From Candidatus Danuiimicrobium aquiferis (lineage in GTDB: Bacteria; Omnitrophota; Omnitrophia; Omnitrophales; Danuiimicrobiaceae), in NCBI GenBank assembly GCA_001804285.1, contig MHFR01000053.1, positions 15,857 to 79,856 on the forward strand: DNA of 64,000 nt. Reading direction: 5' to 3'. The notes below the pieces were generated by a model. It was given only the letters and a program-made list of their open reading frames with translations, searched no databases and was not told the origin of the DNA. The position numbers were made by a program, and so were the translations under genes. Positions 26,001-38,000 of the stretch are shown piece by piece (within the stretch, counting starts at the first letter, position 1; each line of letters starts with the position of its first letter).

Positions 26001-29000
26001 GATCTCCCTGATTCATTAACTGATCCATCCACGCCGGGTGAAGTTCCATTAATAGAAGCCGGCTGAGCACGTCCATCGCTGCCTGGTTCAGGCGTTTCAT
26101 CCGTTCCGCTTTCGTATCGTCTCCCACATGTTTGGAAAGCCGCCTGACAATGTCTTCGTATTTTTCAGAATACCGTTTGATTTTTTCTCTTAAGACGCTC
26201 ACGCTCGTGATCTGCTCAATCCCCCGAATGGTCCGAATGGACAAAAAGTTGAAATTTTCTTTTGTAAAATCTTCGCGCAATGTTGCGAATTGGCCGACAA
26301 GCCGGACACGGTTTCTTTCGATCTGTTGAAGCTTGGTTTGATCGGGACGTTTCTGAGATGCCTCCTCCTGATACTCTTTCCGGTTGTAATAATATCCGCG
26401 TGCGACGACACTCAACCGGTGAATCAGCGTCCCTTCTCTTTCACGTCCTGCTTGCGGGCGGGCCGGCTCCTCCATGAAATCTCCTTCTTGTCCCAAAATC
26501 CGTTCCTCTCGCAAAGGCTTGCTGCGAACCATCATCGGCGTTCGCTCGGCGGCGGCTTGCCGGTCAACACGATTGAAATAAATGAAAGAACTTGTGATGT
26601 CGGAAAGAAACGTGGCGTCGGAGGAAACTGTTTTGGCGAGTGCAATCCTTGACTTGCCGGCCGCTTGCTGTTCATAAAGAACCGCTATTTTTTTAATTTG
26701 CTCGTTGATCGTTCTGTTTCTTCGAATCCCGTTTTGTCGAAGAACGTCCCGAAGGTAATCGGTCACGGCAAGGCGAATGAGGAGCGAGGCAATCAATCTG
26801 GTTTTTTGGGCGTCTTTTAGTTTTAAAGTTTCTAGATATTCGTAAAATTTATTCAGAATGACGAAGCGTCCTTCATCATCGATCCACGCCAGTTGACTCA
26901 AATCCGTATCCGCATCAAAATAATTCTGGTAAGCGCCGGCCGGAATATTTACTACAATCACGCCTTTCGCATCGATTTTCTTTTTCAAATGATCCAGGAT
27001 TTTTTGCTTGAATGGCCCGCGGACCGTTTCGCTTAACACCGCGCGCGCTTCCGGATTTAATTTCGACGACAACCGCTGCGGCAAGTTTGAAACCCCTCGC
27101 ATGCGTCTCGCGGCTTTCAGCGCTCCGGCTAAAGTCTCTTGAGTTAATTCTTCAAAATTGTTTGCGGCTTCAATTAATTGCGTTCTTTTCTCGCGCAATG
27201 CCTGCTGTTGGTTACGAACTTCGGCCCTGGGTTGAGTTTCGAGTTGATCTCTTTTTCCTAACTCGAAACTCGGAACTCGGGCCTCGGAACTGTTTTTCAG
27301 GCGCGCTTCGCTTCGCGGGACGGCAATCGCCGAATTCACCTGCATCTTCTTCGTCACGTTCGAAAATGCCATGTAATTGCCGATCTTCCCCGGAGGCGTA
27401 TGATTCGGAACCGCAATCCGATGTTCCTTGCCATCTGCGTTAAACGTTACCCTGTATCCTTTTCCGTCCAAAAGCCACGAACTACCCTGTTTGATTTCAA
27501 AGGAAAATGAAACGAGACCGCCGGCGTCGCTTTGAACCGTCAAAACCACTTTTTCATATTGATCAAAATCCGGAAGATATGGCGACAGCCATCCCCCGGC
27601 CCAATTGCTTTCCGCATTCATCGGAATTAATTCGATTCCGGCACCCTCCGAAAGCTGAGCGGCATTCAAATTCCCGTCACCGTGCATCACGGTATAATTG
27701 TTTAATAATTGAGTCCCCGTGCCCGCGGGAACTTCCGGCGCTTCGGGTGCAACCGGGGGCTCTTCCGGCATTTCACCCGGAGGCACCTCAGGTAAGAACA
27801 GCAAATCCGGCAAACCGGGGACTAACTTCGCGCACGCGCCAACAAATCCGGCTAAACCGAAATAAGCAGCGGTCTTTATTAAAAAAGTCCGGCGGGTAGT
27901 ATGTTTAATGTCGCGCATCTTCGGAAGAGACCTCAATGTCTCATCCGAAGAAGTGCTTGCCGCAACCGGCGGCAAGCGCGCTTCGGATCTGCTGGGGCTA
28001 ACAATTTCTTCAGCCGTCAGATTCCTAAGCTCATCATGGTCATACGAATGAAGTGGTTGATACATATTGCCTGGCGCAACTTGAACGCTGCCAGTCCGCT
28101 CAATCCAGCGGCTCGCGTGAATCAAACTATTCCACAAAGCCATTTCAACGCCGTTGAAAATATAGGCTCCCCTCTCTTTTGCTTGAATGAGAAGCGACGT
28201 TGCAAGTGGCATCCGAACCATATCAATCACATACATTCCCTCTGATATCCCGTTCAAGTCTGAAAACGGAAGCTCTTTTCCAGATGCGTTGATCAAAACA
28301 TCAGCATCCGCAAGCAAACGATAAAACTGCTCCTCATTTCCTGTAGCTGCGGTCATGCGGATTCCGGGATAACGTTCCCTCAAAGTTTGTGCGAATGCCT
28401 CTGCCTGCTCCAAATTCTCTTTGGTTTCAACAAGTCCCAAACTACTGACACCTTCCGCCGCTAACGCTTCCCCCGTTTCCCGCCCTGCGCCTCCAGCGCC
28501 ACCCAACAGGAGAATTTTTTTTCCTTTAAATCCGCCCACTGCATCTCCATACGCATTGATAAAAGCAATACCATCGATTGCATCACCCAGCAACCGCCCA
28601 TTTGATTGTTTAGTAACATGATTGACCGCTCTCACCATTCGAGCTCGCTCAGTTTGCTCGTCAAGATATTTCCCAATCGTTCGCTTCCAGGGCTGTGTCG
28701 CAACCGCGCCTATCACACGAGGATGGCTTCTCACTATATCAATTAATTCCTTGAGTTCTGTTTCACTTTTAACTGCATATGAAATCCTAAGCATATCAAG
28801 CGGAGTTTGGCCCGTGACTTGCGGATAAATTTGCCGGAAGATGTACTCATATTTTTTGTTTGCATTTGTTTTCATCACGTTCGCTTCGTCGCCGATAAAT
28901 AATGCAACTTTTGTATCTTTCGTATACGCCAGTCCGTGTTCTTTCGCGGAAGCTTCCAACCGTTTCTCAAATTCAGCTATTGATATTGTGTCCCTCGCTT

Positions 29001-32000
29001 CGGCCCGGTTTTTCCTCGATTTTCCCTCCAATTGCTCAAGAATGGCTGCAAACAAATCAGGCTCTGAGAATAACAAAAGTTTTTCTTCTCTGAAAATTTC
29101 ATCTTCACCTGTGCGTTTTACCTGCAGACTTAGCTGTCCCCCAAGATGTCCCCCTGAAGGAATAATTTTATAATCGAAACCATCTCTCGCCCATGTATAG
29201 ACATCGAGTGTCGCAACAGGCTTTCGAGAAATATCTCCCGGTTTTAACAGCTGCAATTTCCGAAGTATATCTTTGAAAAATGAAGCCTGGGCCCGTTCAT
29301 TTGCTTCTTGTTCAGTCGTTGTGTCGAGCAGTTCCGCCACCAACTTCTGGCCTGTGAGACTCTTGGGATCATCATCTCGTTCTATGCGATATGTAACTTC
29401 AAAGTTATGCCCATCAACCTCATGATCTTCTAATGCATTTAATTTTTGTTCTAAATCCTCGGTCCATTTACGAGGTTGCTCACGAAGCAAGAATATAAAC
29501 TGTTTTAACGCTGTTGAAAAAAAACCAAACCAAAGATTCCACGTTGACCCAATGTCATGCCCTTGAGTCAATGCCCGGTGGATCCGTTCTAATTCTTCTC
29601 GTGACGCATCTATTTGTGTTAAAACAAAATCACCTGTCTCTTGGGTGCTCAAATCACTGGGTTCAGCAAACGCAATGCTTATTTTCCCTTCTAAGATATC
29701 ACCCTTTAGGAAACGAACGACTACCCTTCCAAACCCTTTTCTTGCAGCTGCTAAAATAAATACGGAATGGAATTGTTCTCGAATTTCTTCCGAAGATTGA
29801 TCTTTTCCTACCCGCGCTTCGGCCCGGCCAGCCAGAAAATCAAATCCGTACGGCCTGTATGCCTTTGGATACGGATAATCCTTTTCGAATAAGTAACGGG
29901 GAAACCGCCTAATCCGCCCCTCATCTTCAAGCGCAAGCATATGATCGCAAAAACGCCGGACGGCCGCGTCAATAATTGCCAGATTTTCGGCGCTGAATTC
30001 CGTCCCCGCAGGGAATAATCCGGCGCCCAGATATCCTTTTACACCGTGCGCTTCATCCCATACACGGAGAACTCCGCCGATCTTGTTTTGTTTTTCATTT
30101 ACGTCCTTAATTTGAATAATCGAATCAATAAACACCACAACTTTGTCAGCCCGTTTTCTTTCTTCCGTTTTCTCAGCTTTCCTCGACGCCTGCAATTGGT
30201 CCAGATACCGGCCGAGCCATCTAAAATCTTCGGGAACGATAGGAGAATAGTCCTGCGCACGCTTGGCTGAGAAAATCGCCCTTAGCGTTTCCAAAACATA
30301 CCAGTGCTGACGACGGAGCAGGCCCGGATCAAGAGTCATGTCTTTCGCGATTTCCGCAAGCTTTTCCCGCAGCGAACCAGGCGCCAAGCCGTAGTGCCTC
30401 GCCAATATGGATCTTTTATGTTCATCTAACCGCGCCAAAGCGACTTCGAGCCATTGAAAGAATCTTTCGCGGGTTTCAATATCTTCCCCTTTGGCTTGCG
30501 CATCGCCACGGTCCGGGATGGCCATATTCCTTCTGATTTTGTCGGTGAATTCCTGAAATGGTAACAGGGATTTTGTGCTTGTTCCCAGCGCCTTGCGCTT
30601 GTCATCAAATATTTTTTCGAACTTTTTACGAAAGACTTCCAGATCTGTTTCTAAACTTCCTTTGCCGAGAATTTTTTCGGCCTCGTTAAGGCTCCGGAAT
30701 GCATCATCTATGGCATTTTGCGGGATGGCAACCTCCTCACCGTCCAGACCGCCCCATCTTTCTGCGAGCATTTCAAAAATCGTTGCCCGCACAACCCGGT
30801 GAAGAAACATCAACAAAGGCGTTTTGGCTTTTTGAGTTTTTTTAGCTTTTGGGGAGGCATAATTTTTAAGCGCCAGTATCAACGAGATCCAAACCTGATG
30901 TGCGAAATTCTCCGGCTCAAGTCCGACAGGGATTCCGATCACCTTTGCGAGCAGCCGTGCTTCATCAAATTTTCGCTCGATGGTTCGTTTAAACCGGCGG
31001 CGATTTGGATTGGCGTAGAAAGCAGCCAATTCCCTGATGGCCTCATTGCGGACGGCCGGATCGGAGGAACGTAATTGTTTCACATATCTTTCCAACCTCG
31101 CTCGTCCCCGCCCTCTTGCGCCTTTTTTCGTTCTGACCTCGCTCCGGTTTTTCCAGGGCGCTTTCAGGAATCCGTCCAGTTTCGTTTGCCGGACGTAGTC
31201 ACGCCATGCGGCGTACCGGGCAGGAAGAGGTTCCGCCTCGCTCGGGGCCAGGTCCTCTGCCGTTAAATTAAAATCAACAATCGCTTCAAATAATTCTTTG
31301 GCTGCTGCATTTATTTCCGCATTATTTTTCGCGTCCGACCGTAAAAACATATACATCGTTCCGACGACCATTTGCGCAATCTCCTGATTCCGGACCGCTG
31401 CTTTCATCGCGTGATGAAGCGTAACCATCACCTGGTTCCTGAAAATTTGCCGCTGTTCGGGTTTCATCACGGGCGACAGGAACAAAGTCATGTGCGTTTG
31501 AAGCAGCCGCTCAAAATCTTCCAGCGCCTGGCCGTGAGACATTTGGGAAGCTGTCGATTGAGACATTTCAATAAACGCTTGCGTCATTTGCCTTAAAGCA
31601 TTTGCTATGGCTTTGCGCGACAACCGGCTGTCTGCAAGTGCGGACAACGCCATTTGAAAACAGGGAATTTCTGTCATGAGTTCGCCGGCATCTTTTTTGG
31701 TGATCCCGTAAAGTTCAACATCATCAGAAACGGCCCTGACTGTTGCGCTCCGTTTGCCTTTAAAAAGGATGATTTCACCGTACAGATTAGGCAGGTTCGG
31801 AACCTGAAGTGTTTCACCGTCTTCGAACTCTACTTGCACGCGTCCGTTGGTAACAAAGAAAATTAAATTTTGACCGTCCGAATACTGATCCAGCCCGGTA
31901 CCGCCCACAATAAATTCTGTGCCGTTTGGAATTCTCTTTAATTTCTGCGTCCGGCCGGCAATTGTAGCGAGATCGTCATCACTCAAAAGATATAGCGGCG

Positions 32001-35000
32001 AATCCTCGTTCTCTGCCAATTTTTTCAGGATATCCAGTCCAATTTGTGTACGCGCTTCCGCCCTTGGATGAGTTTCGAGTTGAGCTGTTTGTACTAACTC
32101 GGAACTCGGAACTTGAAACTCGGGATTATTTTCCTCGCGCACTTCGCTCCGCCCGCCCGTCACGGCAAACGCCGGCGTCCAATCGTCATGCGCGGTGCGT
32201 TCGAGGTATTGCAAGTCAGGTTCGGGCGAAACCAGATCAGGCGTTTTTCCCTGCTCTTCAAAAGGATTGACATAAGCGGCGTGCAAACGCAGAAAAACAG
32301 TCCAGATTTTGGTCGTAAAATCTTTATCATTAAATTTCATCAATTTTTCGACCACCAAACTCGCTCGCTTCCGACGTTCCCGATAACTTTCATCCGAATT
32401 CCCTTTCACCACAAGAATATTCCATGCCCGGTTAAATTCCTCATGGCCCCCCCCTTCGTCTTCCGCGAGAAGCGCGCCCAACTCACTCAATAACCGGAGC
32501 ACATTGACTCCCTGCAGATAGGCGCCTTTTTGTTCTTCATCTTTTGGCATGTCGGGATACCAAAAAATATTTTCACCTGACTTCCGTTCCGAAAAATTGA
32601 AACGCCGGTACAAATGGTCTTCGAGAAAATCATCGCTGAAACTGAATAAATCAAAAAATTGAAGACCTTTCACTTTTTTCTCTTTTTGTTCCGGATCCAT
32701 CATGCCGGGGTAAAGCATCGCAAGAATCGCCGTCGCCTCCCCCAAATTTTCCCGGGCAAGTTGCAGAGTGATATCTGAATAACGCTGGTTGGCAGTCTTC
32801 TTTCCTTTTGCATTGTCCACTTGATGCTGGAACTCATGCAAAAGAATTGAGGCGAGGTATCGCCGGACAACCTCATTGAGCATAACAGGCCCGGAAACAA
32901 TTTTATGGTCCTGAAACTCCTCCTGAAAATCCCGTTTGAGCGCTTCCTCGAGCAAAGTCATTAATTGGTCTCGTTCATCCTTCTGAAATTCGTCTTTCCA
33001 CCTCGGCGCGTTGGGCTCGACTTTTCTGCGTTCATTCGTTTTAAGCGTGTCCCATAAATCGGTGATTTGGGCGAGCATGTCTTCTTTGCTCATTTTTCCG
33101 TCGAGAGCCGCAGCGATGATATTCAACATCGAAAGAATGCTCTGACAATATTCGTAAACGAACTCCACATTGACATAAGTCAAATCGGACCCATACTCAT
33201 GAAACGCCATGTGTTTCGCCTCCCTCACCGCGACGGCCGGATAAACGAACATGACGTCATATTTCCCGTCGCCCGGATGACGTTTTTCGCCGCTTTTTTG
33301 TTCCCACGACTCGTATGTTTTGTAGCGGAAAAGGTCAAAACTCCAATGTTGATCTTCCGTTTGCCTTGGATAATAGGTGAGCCCGATAAAATGAAGCGCA
33401 TGAATGCGATCAATAGTCTTGAGGTCCTCCCGGCGGGCTGATGGGTTGTTTGCGGCATCCGCCACGTTCCTGACAAAATCCTTGAGGCCGTTAATCACCT
33501 TGATTTTCCGGTCACTCCGCCAGGCGGGAAAATTGCCATAAAGCGAATGGAAGATTTCCGAAGATATACGGACAAGCGTTTCGGAATTTTTCTTTGAAAT
33601 TTGGCCGGCTCTGGCCCTGGCCGCCCAGGCCGCCAACACTGATTGCGCGATAAAAATCCCGTTACTTCCGGCATCTTTCATTTTCTGGATGGCTATCTTT
33701 TCACGCTCGCCCTTTGCCGCGGGTCGGCCTTCGAGATACGAATCGGCCATGAGAAGCGCACCGGCCACCAAGATCACCACTTTCTCAATAAAATCGGAGA
33801 CGTTATCTCCGGCCAACCGGCGCTCTGAAGCAATGGCTTCGGCGCGAGTTTGAATTTCAGATCTGACAGCTTCGAGATCAATCGCATGATTCTTAACTTC
33901 CTTTTCAATTCCTTGTTCGAGAATTTTTAACACCACTGCTGCTGCAACCCGGGATGTCCGGTCGTCCCTGAAACCTGAATATCCGCTCATTGAAACAATT
34001 TTCTCTACACATCCGGAAACTCCGAGCCCCGCAAAAACAGCCGCAATTTTAAAAAATCTCCGGCGAGTGGGAAAAGCATTGCGCGCTTCGGCCCTCGCTT
34101 GATTCCCTTGCGCCTCGCGAGGACTCTCGTTCGTTTTGATTAATAACTGGTTGGAACTACGTTCAAGGTTATGAACTTCGGCACGTTCAGCTAACGCTTG
34201 GTCCGCCAAAGTACTCTTGCGCGCTTTGATTGATAACTGCTGCGGCTTTTCCAAAACAGGAACAGGTTCTGCGTCCATTGAACCAGAACCTGTCCCCGTT
34301 TTTGGTGTAAGGTTACGCGCTTCGGAACGGAACTTTGTTGCTGAAATTTCAAAGACAGTGGAAACCGGTTCATCTTTAAACCGCTGAAATCTATTTTTCT
34401 CGATAGAAAGGTCCCCAAAACTCGAGAAAACCTCGGACAGTTCAGCCCGATCAAAAAACCGCTGCTGTTTGCCTCTTGAATCCACGATAAATCCGCCTTC
34501 GGTCGCCCGCAAAATACCGCCCATCTCGTGGGTTGTATGAACTTTTCCGGTTTGTTCGTTCGCTTCTCTGTATTTCCAATCGTCGGTTGAACGAACAACA
34601 ACAAACACCTTGCCGCCCGGACGCAATATTCTTCTGATTTCTTGTATCCTTTGAGCAAGCGTTGCCTGATCCAAATAATGAAGCGAAAGATGGGCATACA
34701 CAGCGTCGAAAGATTCACTGTCAAAAATAAGCGGTTCATGAAGGTCCTGCAGTTGAGCTCTTAGGTGATCAGAGACTTTGAATTCCCGCGCGCGGCCGGC
34801 AATATGCTCAACTGCTTCTGAAATGAAATCGGTCGCCGTGACATCATAACCGTGCATTGCAAGAAACAATTCATCATGCCCCAACCATGCGCCCAAACTT
34901 AAAATTTTAGATCCTTTCGGTAATAATTGATTTCTCACGATCCTACGCGCGCTTCCATTGACAGTATGCCGCCGGGCTCGACCGATTCCTTCCGCCTCTT

Positions 35001-38000
35001 TATGAAAATCCGCAATCCAAATTTCCATTTGTTGATCCGTCATGCGCGCTTCCGACCTTTCAGCGGCAACTTCTGGCCTTTGCCGCGGCTGCAAGGACAG
35101 GTCGCGCGCTTTGGCACGTTTGAATGTTTCCTTCGAAACATTCAAAGTACTTTCGCGCATTCCGATTGATAACCGGTTGTCACTCTCATTATTGTTACGC
35201 GCTTCGGTTAATAACTGCTGTGGCTTTCCCGATTCGATGCGCGCTTCCGACCGTTGATTGACGGAAATCTCCAAAGATTGAATGGCCGATCCTTCCTGAA
35301 GTTCTTCAAGCGAGACAGCAACTTCAACCTTCGTCAGATATCCAACCGACGCTTCGACCGTTCCGCTCCTCATTTCGGTTTCATCTAACCCATGATATTT
35401 CATTTCGCTCAAATTGAAATCAGCCCGCCAAAGAATCCCCGGAGCGCCGCCGTTACTCGCCGTTTTTATTTTTTGAGCAAGATCCTTTAGCCCGCGTTTG
35501 CTGAAAAACAATCTGTCATGACGCGCCAGCCAATCGATATTTGCAATGTTAAACACCAACCGTTTCCGGGCTTGCATTCCGCCCCCTGAAATTTGAAAGA
35601 AAAGGGGAATACTTTGTCCTGCCTCCCTGTCTTCCCAAAAAACAAGCACGGCTTCTTTATGATTGCCCGGCAAATCAAAACCGAAACCTCCCAACGCTTC
35701 CGCTATCTCTTCCGCACCTTCAAGATACAAAGCACGGAAACGGTTCCGGCCGGCTTCGCCGTCAAACGGCTTTAACGATGAATCAAAAAATTCGACACCC
35801 GCGACTTGTATTCCTTCGATTCCGAGCGGTTGCTGTGATACAGCTTCGTCCTTCTGTTCCGGCTCGACCTCCAAGTTGAGATCGAACATAGAATTCTCAT
35901 CGATTTGACCCTGGGATCCTTTTCCCACCCCCAAATTTGAAATCCATCCCGTCGGCACAACGTGAATCCCTCGGAAATGCAATCCGGGGCCCGACGGAAG
36001 CTGATCATCTTGTTCTTGATTGACTCGCGTAAAAACTTCAGCACGCATTTGCTTCATGGCCCGAAGTTCATTTTCCGGATCGTATCGATCAAAAACAGGT
36101 TTCATGACATTAAAATCGTAGACCCCTCTATCGGCATAAAAAGAATATCCCGTTTGAGACCCCGCGGCCCCGCCGGATATTTGAAGGAAAAGCGGCTCAT
36201 GCGTATCTCCCTGAGAATGCCACATCACGAGCATAGCCTGGACATCGCCGGTGAGATTTAAGCCCAATCCGCTCGAAATCACTTCCGGCTGCCTTAAGTG
36301 AAAAACCTCATAAGAACCATTTAACCCTTCCATCGGGAAAGTTTGTTTTTCGCCCACTCCGATATTGACACCTTCCCAATGAAGATTCCTGGCTTCAGAC
36401 CGTTTCATCCCCGGCTTTTCCTGAGTCTTGGCTCTTTTGCTCTCAAGCGCCGCCGTGATTGTTTTCCTGGTTAAAACAGTAAAGTCTTCATCTTCCAACT
36501 GTCTCCGAAACAACTGCCCCTCTTTCCAATTCGCCTCGCCTTGTTTGGCATTCAATAAATCTAAGAACGTCAAGAAGTCCTTTCCAACTATTTGTTCAAG
36601 CTCTGATTCCTTGATGCCCAACGCCTCGGCTACCAATTTCATCAGAGATTTCCGCGCGATCTCTTTCCTCGGAAACGTCATTCTTTCGTCTTGTTCCCGC
36701 AATTGCGCCGTTAGTTTGACGGCATAAACATTAATAATCGCATCCACAATGTCCTGATTTGAGATCGGACCGGAAACTGACTGATCCGGGCTTTTTCCTT
36801 TCTTCGCCCGGGTTTCTGAGCGGACGGGACCTTGCCCTTCATCTGATAAAAAACTTTTCGGCTTTCTCATGTTCGCTTGCGGAGGCGAAACCTTCCGATC
36901 CACTCGAAGTGCTGCGCCGCGATCATCAAATTCCAGAACTCCCATTTCGGCAGCTTCTTTTAAGAACCGATCTATCAATTCATGAAGCCCGTATTGTTTA
37001 CCTTCAATTAAAGAAACTGCTTCTTTGACTTTGCCAGATCCTGCGCGACTGAATACCTGCTCTATTTGGCGTTGGAAAAGTGAACTCACATCAATGGACA
37101 GAAAAGGCCTTGAAGAACGCCGATCAGGCAATTCCAATTTGTAGTTAAGCTCCAGCCCGTGCGGCGCTTTTAATAATCGAATATATTGATTCAAATCTTT
37201 CGAACGAATCCGGAAGTCGGGCCGACTGTGTTCAAATTCAATCGTATAGCTTCTGCCCGTTTGTCGATCCCCAAGCATCGTATAAATAGGCTCACCCGAT
37301 TCTACCGGTAACTGCTCCCACAGGAAGGCAGCCAATTCTTCTTCAGACACAGCCCCGAACATCTGTTCCAGCTGCCGGGAGTACGGATATTGTTTCTCGC
37401 TAAGTTCGGTCAATATCGTTTCCGGCAAGAATTTCTTTGATTTCAAAAATTGAAGCAGCAAATAAAATCCGGGTATGCGCGGCACAGAAATTTGAGGAAT
37501 GAACGGCTGATCATCCTGAAAAATGATCCCTTCGCTCGTTAATGCATCAGCCCCCCAATTCAATTCCCTGATGCTTTTCATTAATTCTATCACTACAAAA
37601 AACGACAAGTGATCGACGTCCAAATGAACGTCTGAAAAAGACATGTCAGGAATCGACACATAAAGCTGATCTCCTTCCTTGATACGGTTCCTGACGGCAA
37701 ACGCATAATCGTAATCATCCCAAACTTCATACGGGATCAAATCCACCGTTATTCGATGCACGCCCATTTTAGCCATTGCTTTTCTGAATCGAATTCCGAC
37801 AGGGCTCGAAACAAATAATGGCAAAAGTTCATGTCGGCTAACTTTGGCGTTTTCAATCAATGTTGATTGATATTCCAAAAATGCATCGCGAGATGCAAAT
37901 GAGCCGCCAAACATGGGATCCACCCGTACGTAACGGAGAATCGTCTCGGCGTCTTTTGCCTGAACAACTTGGATCGAAACCACCGGTACATCGCCTTCGT

